From assembly GCA_000996895.1 (NCBI GenBank), contig LCBB01000002.1, positions 27,596 through 91,595 of the forward strand: a DNA stretch of 64,000 nt, read 5' to 3'. This stretch comes from a candidate division WWE3 bacterium GW2011_GWC2_41_23 (lineage in GTDB: Bacteria > Patescibacteriota > WWE3 > UBA101185 > UBA10185). Shown one piece after another: positions 58,965 to 64,000 of the stretch (positions within the stretch are counted from its first letter, which is position 1; each line of letters opens with the position of its first letter). The translations under genes were made by a program, and so were the position numbers. The notes beneath the pieces were generated by a model that did not search any database, had not been told where the DNA came from, and saw only the letters and a list, made by a program, of their open reading frames with translations.

Positions 58965-60248
58965 TCAAATAATTTTCTGTTTGGGCAGAATTTTGTCGAA
59001 ATTTACATATTTTCTTAGAACTTCGGGAACAGTTATGCTGCCGTCCACGTTCTGGTAGTTTTCGATAACGGCAGCTAAAAGCCTTGGTGTGGCTGCAACG
59101 GTGTTGTTTAGGGTGTATACGTATTTCAGTTCGCCTGCTGAATCTCTATACTTTATGTTTAATCTCCTGGACTGGAAATCTCTAAAATAAGAGTCTGAGT
59201 GAGTCTCCCGGTAATTACTCTGGGATGGAAACCAAGTCTCCAAATCGTACTTTTTCACCTGCCCGGCACCCATGTCTCCGGTGCACATTAAAAGTACCCT
59301 ATAGGGAAGGTTTAGTCCTTTTAGGACATTTTCGGCGTGATTTAACATTTTGTCATGCCATTCTCTGGTTAACTCTTCGTTAGCAGTTGTCAACACTACC
59401 TGCTCAACTTTGTTAAATTGGTGAAGTCTGAAAATTCCTTTCGTGTCTTTGCCATAAGCACCGACTTCTTTTCTAAAGCACGGACTCAACCCAAACAGCT
59501 TCACGGGAAGATCGGATTCGTTCAGGACTTCGCCGGCATAGTAAGAGGTGAGAGATACTTCAGCTGTTCCGATTAAAGCTTTGTCATCTTCCAACCTGTA
59601 GTGGTCATCTTCTCCCCACGGGAAATAGCCTGTTCCGGTGAAAAATTCCGGTTTTACTATCCACGGAACACTGAGCATTGTGTAACCCTCTCCGAGCATG
59701 AGGTCACATGCGTATCTCAGGATGGCCTGCTCAAGCTGGGCGCCCTCATTTTTTAGAAAGTATCCTCTGAATCCGCCGATTTTTGTTCCTCTCTCAAGAT
59801 CCATAATGTCCAGGGACAGCCCAAGGTCTACGTGATCCTTAGGTTTAAACGAAGGCTCTTTAATACTTCCTTCTTCCCTAACGACCTTGTTTCCGCTCTC
59901 GTCCTGCCCCACGGGTACGTCATCGGCAGGAACGCTGGGTACCCAAAGCATCATTTGATCAAAAATCGACTTAATTTCGGTTAAGTCCTTTTCGAATTTA
60001 ATAAGCTCCTCCTTAACCGCCGTAGCCTCTGTAATAAGCTTGGGCCTGTCTTCAGCAGCAACTTTTGAAATACCCTCGGAAAGCTTGTTTCTAAGGGCTC
60101 TGTGCAATTCCACCTTCTTCAGAAGGCTCAAATACAGGTCGTGGGTTTCTATTAACTTGTCTATAGAGATGGTTTTACTGAGCTGCTTGTCCTCAACGGC
60201 CTTTTTGACTAAATCTTTGTTGTTTTTAATAAAATTTATGTCCAGCAT
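58965..60248 (-). CDS. serS: Seryl-tRNA synthetase
   Basis: MLDI, GTAE, CFRKEVG, FRLHQFNKVEQ and TLNNT..ATPR. Confidence 0.97.
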   Translation of the reverse strand: MLDINFIKNNKDLVKKAVEDKQLSKTISIDKLIETHDLYLSLLKKVELHRALRNKLSEGISKVAAEDRPKLITEATAVKEELIKFEKDLTEIKSIFDQMMLWVPSVPADDVPVGQDESGNKVVREEGSIKEPSFKPKDHVDLGLSLDIMDLERGTKIGGFRGYFLKNEGAQLEQAILRYACDLMLGEGYTMLSVPWIVKPEFFTGTGYFPWGEDDHYRLEDDKALIGTAEVSLTSYYAGEVLNESDLPVKLFGLSPCFRKEVGAYGKDTKGIFRLHQFNKVEQVVLTTANEELTREWHDKMLNHAENVLKGLNLPYRVLLMCTGDMGAGQVKKYDLETWFPSQSNYRETHSDSYFRDFQSRRLNIKYRDSAGELKYVYTLNNTVAATPRLLAAVIENYQNVDGSITVPEVLRKYVNFDKILPKQKII

Positions 60249-60382
60249 AGGAAATCCCTTTTTGATTGATTTTTACATATACAATGGTAATATAGATTTC
60301 GTCGCTGGAAAAGTCAATGAAACCTCAATATCTCAATATTGGGACCGACAAAAACACCCCGGGAAATCCCGGAGAGAGTTTG

Positions 60383-60411
60383 TTGACCTATGGTAACGCT
60401 TCTGTTACAAT
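60383..60411 (+). promoter_or_regulatory. Sigma70 promoter of the infA/alpha operon
   Basis: TTGACC-17 nt-TACAAT with an extended TG. Confidence 0.65.
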
Positions 60412-60440
60412 CAAGCGCGTTCGTTGAGTCAGAAAGCTAA

Positions 60441-60659
60441 ATGAGCACAAAAGAAGTAATAACAAAAGATGGAAAAATAACAGAAACCCACATGGGAGGG
60501 ATGTTTAAGATAGAACTTGAAGATGAAACCAAGGCTTTGGCTGTCGTTTCGGGTAAAATGAGGAAGGCCCACATTAGGGTTTTACCGGGAGATAAAGTTA
60601 GAATCGAGTTCTCCCCACACGATCTGACAAGAGGCAGAATCATTTATAGGCTGAAATAA
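60441..60659 (+). CDS. infA: Translation initiation factor IF-1
   Basis: SGKMRKAHIRVLPGDKV...DLTRGRIIYR. Confidence 0.96.
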   Translation: MSTKEVITKDGKITETHMGGMFKIELEDETKALAVVSGKMRKAHIRVLPGDKVRIEFSPHDLTRGRIIYRLK

Positions 60660-60685
60660 CTCAATAAAGAAAGAATTTTTGAAAC

Positions 60686-60802
60686 ATGAAAGTAAGATCA
60701 TCTGTAAAGCCAATCTGTAAAGATTGCAAAATTATTATAAGAAGCGGGGTAGTTAGGGTTATTTGTAAAAGAAACCCTAAACATAAGCAGAGACAAGGTT
60801 AA
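60686..60802 (+). CDS. rpmJ: 50S ribosomal protein L36 (not in the ORF track)
   Basis: Manual translation [38 protein letters not shown]. Confidence 0.96.
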   Translation: MKVRSSVKPICKDCKIIIRSGVVRVICKRNPKHKQRQG

Positions 60803-60804
60803 TT

Positions 60805-61191
60805 ATGCCAAGAATTAAAGGTGTAGACATACCGGGAGAAAAAAGAATAGAAGCATCCTTGAGATATATCTACGGTATCGGACCGACAATATCTAAGAAA
60901 GTACTCGAAAAATCAGGCATTAACCCCGACACCAGAGCCAAAAACCTTACCGACGAAGACGTAGCAAAGATAAACGCAGCTATAGCCGCCATGGAACTTC
61001 ATGTCGAGGGAGAACTAAAAAGGCTGGTTAATCAAAACATCAGACGTCTGCAGGAAGTAAAATCCTACAGGGGACTTAGACATCTGGCAGGACTTCCCGT
61101 AAGGGGACAACGCACAAGAACTAATTCCCGAACGAGAAAAGGTAAGAGAAAGACCGTAGGCGGACAGAAAAAGAAATTAGCGAAGAAATAG
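60805..61191 (+). CDS. rpsM: 30S ribosomal protein S13
   Basis: IYGIG and [20 protein letters not shown]. Confidence 0.97.
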   Translation: MPRIKGVDIPGEKRIEASLRYIYGIGPTISKKVLEKSGINPDTRAKNLTDEDVAKINAAIAAMELHVEGELKRLVNQNIRRLQEVKSYRGLRHLAGLPVRGQRTRTNSRTRKGKRKTVGGQKKKLAKK

Positions 61192-61252
61192 GATGCATTT
61201 CGGGGATTACCCCAAAAAGTAGGATGCATTTCGGGGATTACCCCAAAAAGTA
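61189..61252 (+). repeat. Perfect 31-bp tandem duplication with an internal hairpin
   Basis: taggatgcatttcggggattaccccaaaaag at 61189-61219 and 61220-61250. Confidence 0.95.
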
Positions 61253-61254
61253 AT

Positions 61255-61644
61255 ATGGCTCAAACAACAAAGAAAACAAAAAAGAAAGAAAAAATAATAA
61301 CTCCGAGCGGGAGAGTCTATATCACCGCGGGTATGAATAACACCATTATTACGGTAACCGATTCTGAAGGTAACACACTATTTACAGCCAGCTCAGGAAG
61401 CGCGGGGTTTAAAGGATCAAGAAAATCAACTCCTTACGCTTCAACAAAAGCAGCTGAAATTGCAGGTTCCGCAGCTTCAAAAGCAGGCGTCAGAGACGTC
61501 TCAGTCTATTTAAAAGGAGCAGGACTGGGCAGAATTTCTTCCATCAAGGCTCTGAAAACAGCAGGTCTTAATGTCGTGTCAATTTCCGATCTTACCCCCA
61601 TCCCTCATAACGGATGCAGACCGGAGAAAAAGAGAAGGGTCTAA
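61255..61644 (+). CDS. rpsK: 30S ribosomal protein S11
   Basis: GFKGSRKSTPYA and DLTPIPHNGCRP. Confidence 0.97.
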   Translation: MAQTTKKTKKKEKIITPSGRVYITAGMNNTIITVTDSEGNTLFTASSGSAGFKGSRKSTPYASTKAAEIAGSAASKAGVRDVSVYLKGAGLGRISSIKALKTAGLNVVSISDLTPIPHNGCRPEKKRRV

Positions 61645-61648
61645 TAAT

Positions 61649-63160
61649 ATGGCAAGGTATACCGAAGCAAAATGCAGATTATGCAGAAGAGAAGGCGTAA
61701 AACTGTACTTAAAAGGTTCAAGGTGCGAATCAGATAAGTGTGCTATATCAAAAAAAGCGCAAGCTCCCGGACAACACGGAACAAGAAGAAAGTCAGTTTC
61801 AGAATACGGAAAACAGTTAAGAGAAAAACAAAAAGCAAAAAGAATCTACGGAATTTTAGAAAAACAATTCAAGAACTACGTTAACAAAGCCTTGAACTCA
61901 AAAGGTGTCTCAGGTGATATCTTAATGCAGCTGTTGGAATCAAGACTGGATAATATGGTCTACAGAAGCGGCTTTGCAGCTTCCAGAGCACAGGCCAGAC
62001 AATTTATAAGAAGAGGTTTATTTAACGTCAACGGTAAGGAAGTAAACATTCCTTCAATGGCACTTAAAATCGATGACGTGGTAAAACCGGTAAGCTTTGA
62101 AAAAATACAATTAAGAGAGGGCATTGTACTTCCTGAATGGCTTGAGGCGAATATTAAAGAAAGGTATGTAAAATATTCGAGACTTCCTATGCCGGAAGAC
62201 ACTCAGGAAAAAGTAGATGTGCAGGCAATTATAGAATTGATGATAGTCACTAAAGAAAATTTAAAAATAAATCCGATAAAGGAAAGCAACGAGATAAGCA
62301 CTTATTCCGTTGAACCTCTCCCTACAGGGTTCGGACACACGCTCGGGAATGCCTTAAGACGCGTGCTGTTAACAGAAATTGAAGGCGCCGCAGTAACACA
62401 AGTAAAGATTTCGGGTGCTTCGCACCAATTTACTACCATCCCCGGTGTAAAAGAGGACGTAGTTCAGCTTACTTTGAACATAAAAAAGCTGAGATTCAAG
62501 ATACACACGGACAATCCTGTTGTAGCTACTATCAGAAAAAAGGGTGCAGGAGTAATAACAGCTAAGGATTTAGAGTTACCCTCAGATCTGGAAGTAATGA
62601 ATAAAGACCTTCACATCGCTACTCTCGCCGATTCAAAAAGCGAGCTTAATGTCGAACTTATTGTTGAACCGGGCGTCGGATACTCACCCATGGAGGAAAG
62701 ACAGACCTCAAAGGTCGGAGTAATTGTGCTGGATGCACTTTTCTCTCCCGTATTAAACGTAACTTACGAAGTTGAACCTACCAGGTTCGGCGACAAAACA
62801 GATTTGGATAAACTTCTGATAACTGTTGAAACAGACGGAAGCGTACTTCCAAAACAAGCACTTGTTAAAGCTTCCGCTATTCTTAAAGGCTACTATGAAT
62901 CCTTTGAGAAGTGGGAACTTGAAACAGATAAGAGTGTTGAACCCGAGGAAGAAGATGCAGCAGTAGTCGATATAGAAGATGTTGCCGTAGACGAACTTCC
63001 TCTTCAGACAAGAACTATCAATGCCCTTAAGAAACACGGCATCGATACTCTTAAACAACTCGCAAAGAAATCAGATGACGAAATCGCCGACATTAAAAAT
63101 CTCGGAGAAAAGTCACTTGAAGAAATAAAAAAACTTCTAAAGAAGGAAGGTCTTAGATAA
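61649..63160 (+). CDS. rpsD-rpoA: In-frame fusion of 30S ribosomal protein S4 (61649-62239) and RNA polymerase alpha subunit (62240-63160), 503 aa
   Basis: uS4 part: MARYTEAKCRLCRREG, EYGKQLREKQK, LESRLDNMVYR, ...AIIEL. It continues without a stop into MIV...EPLPTGFGHTLGNALRR...NLGEKSLEEI (alpha NTD and CTD). Confidence 0.9.
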   Translation: MARYTEAKCRLCRREGVKLYLKGSRCESDKCAISKKAQAPGQHGTRRKSVSEYGKQLREKQKAKRIYGILEKQFKNYVNKALNSKGVSGDILMQLLESRLDNMVYRSGFAASRAQARQFIRRGLFNVNGKEVNIPSMALKIDDVVKPVSFEKIQLREGIVLPEWLEANIKERYVKYSRLPMPEDTQEKVDVQAIIELMIVTKENLKINPIKESNEISTYSVEPLPTGFGHTLGNALRRVLLTEIEGAAVTQVKISGASHQFTTIPGVKEDVVQLTLNIKKLRFKIHTDNPVVATIRKKGAGVITAKDLELPSDLEVMNKDLHIATLADSKSELNVELIVEPGVGYSPMEERQTSKVGVIVLDALFSPVLNVTYEVEPTRFGDKTDLDKLLITVETDGSVLPKQALVKASAILKGYYESFEKWELETDKSVEPEEEDAAVVDIEDVAVDELPLQTRTINALKKHGIDTLKQLAKKSDDEIADIKNLGEKSLEEIKKLLKKEGLR

Positions 63161-63177
63161 TCAGGAGATTATAAGAT

Positions 63178-63651
63178 ATGAGACACAGAGTAGAAAAGAA
63201 AAAAATGGGAAGACCCGAAGGACACAGAGGATCACTCGAGAAGAATCTTGCTGTCAGTCTCATAATGCACGAGAAGATTGAAACAACCTTGGAAAAAGCC
63301 AAGTTCGTGAAGCCTTTCGTAGAAAGACTTATTACGAAGGCAAAAAAAGGCTTTGCTTCGTCCGACAAAATAGTGGTATTCAACACTGTAAAAGACCTGA
63401 GAAAGAATCTTACAAACGAAGAAGCAATCAAAAAACTGATGGATAACATCGCAGGACGCTTTGAGAATAGACCCGGCGGTTACACAAGGATAATAAAGAC
63501 AGGAAACAGAGACGGAGACAACGCTAATACTGCCAGGATTGAACTATTACCTGCGGAAAGAAAAGAAGAAGCTCCTAAAGAATCAAAGAAAGCCGAAAAG
63601 AAGGTTGAAGCAAAAAAGACAGAAAAGAAGGTAAAGAAAAATGATAAATAA
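63178..63651 (+). CDS. rplQ: 50S ribosomal protein L17 with a charged C-terminal tail
   Basis: MRHR, IETTLEKAK, RPGGYTRI and RDGDNA. Confidence 0.96.
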   Translation: MRHRVEKKKMGRPEGHRGSLEKNLAVSLIMHEKIETTLEKAKFVKPFVERLITKAKKGFASSDKIVVFNTVKDLRKNLTNEEAIKKLMDNIAGRFENRPGGYTRIIKTGNRDGDNANTARIELLPAERKEEAPKESKKAEKKVEAKKTEKKVKKNDK

Positions 63652-64000
63652 AACAACAGCAGCTAAAAAAGAACAGAACAGAAAGTGGTATTTTTACGAT
63701 GCCTCAAATAAGGTATTGGGAATGCTTGCTGCAGATATTGCGAAAATTCTTATCGGTAAAAATAATCCTGAATACTCCCCTAATCAGAATACAGGCGGAG
63801 TGGTTGTAGTTACCAATGCAGAAAAGATTGCACTAACAGGTAACAAGATGAAAAAGAAAGTCTACATTCACCACACCGGTTTCCCAAAAGGACTCAGGGA
63901 AGTGAAGATTGAAAAGATACTGGAAAACGATCCGGCACAAATATTAGTCCGAGCCGTAACAGGAATGCTTCCTAAAAATAAACTACGAAGTGAAAGATTA
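63641..64000 (+). CDS. rplM: 50S ribosomal protein L13 (3' truncated by the window; not in the ORF track)
   Basis: Manual translation MINKTTAAKKEQNRKWYFYDASNKVLG...VTNAEKI...HTGFPKG...GMLPKNKL. Confidence 0.93.
   Translation, partial: MINKTTAAKKEQNRKWYFYDASNKVLGMLAADIAKILIGKNNPEYSPNQNTGGVVVVTNAEKIALTGNKMKKKVYIHHTGFPKGLREVKIEKILENDPAQILVRAVTGMLPKNKLRSERL

Noticed and set aside
60249-60440. Replication origin or tRNA at the strand switch between serS and infA
   Set aside because: No DnaA-box cluster or cloverleaf was seen; the region is explained by divergent promoters and a small hairpin (60359-60372).
61189-61252. Possible CRISPR array (31-bp palindromic repeat)
   Set aside because: Only two copies, directly adjacent with no spacer, and no cas genes in the window.
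61571-61648. 26-aa N-terminal extension of the uS4-alpha ORF in the ORF track
   Set aside because: It overlaps rpsK in another frame; the canonical uS4 start MARY is at 61649.

Overview
Bacterial chromosomal segment using the standard genetic code. Absence of rpmD (uL30), divergent ribosomal proteins, mostly SD-less genes and a large GT-C-rich glycosylation locus are consistent with a Candidate Phyla Radiation (Patescibacteria; WWE3/Microgenomates-like) genome, which is an inference. Layout: (1) 1-29 kb is a mostly minus-strand cell-surface glycosylation locus (GT2, GT4 and GT-C transferases, two flippases, ugd, three SAM methyltransferases, a B12-radical SAM enzyme with a ferredoxin), interrupted at 3.6-5.4 kb by a plus-strand islet of tiny orphan genes. 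(2) 29.5-51.5 kb is the minus-strand rpoB-rpoC-str-S10-spc cluster ending secY-ybaB-adk. (3) 51.7-60.2 kb holds lepB, a TMTC-like transferase, an RsmB/F methylase, secA, uppP, a methyltransferase and serS. (4) 60.4-64 kb is the plus-strand infA-rpmJ-rpsM-rpsK-[rpsD::rpoA]-rplQ-rplM operon. The most striking observation is that ribosomal protein uS4 and the RNA polymerase alpha subunit form one continuous in-frame ORF (61649-63160), a potential covalent ribosome-RNAP link that needs read-level confirmation. Also notable are an internally deleted uL3 (142 aa), a 31-bp tandem hairpin repeat before rpsK, and leaderless-type promoters. No tRNA, rRNA, CRISPR array or transposase was recognised.
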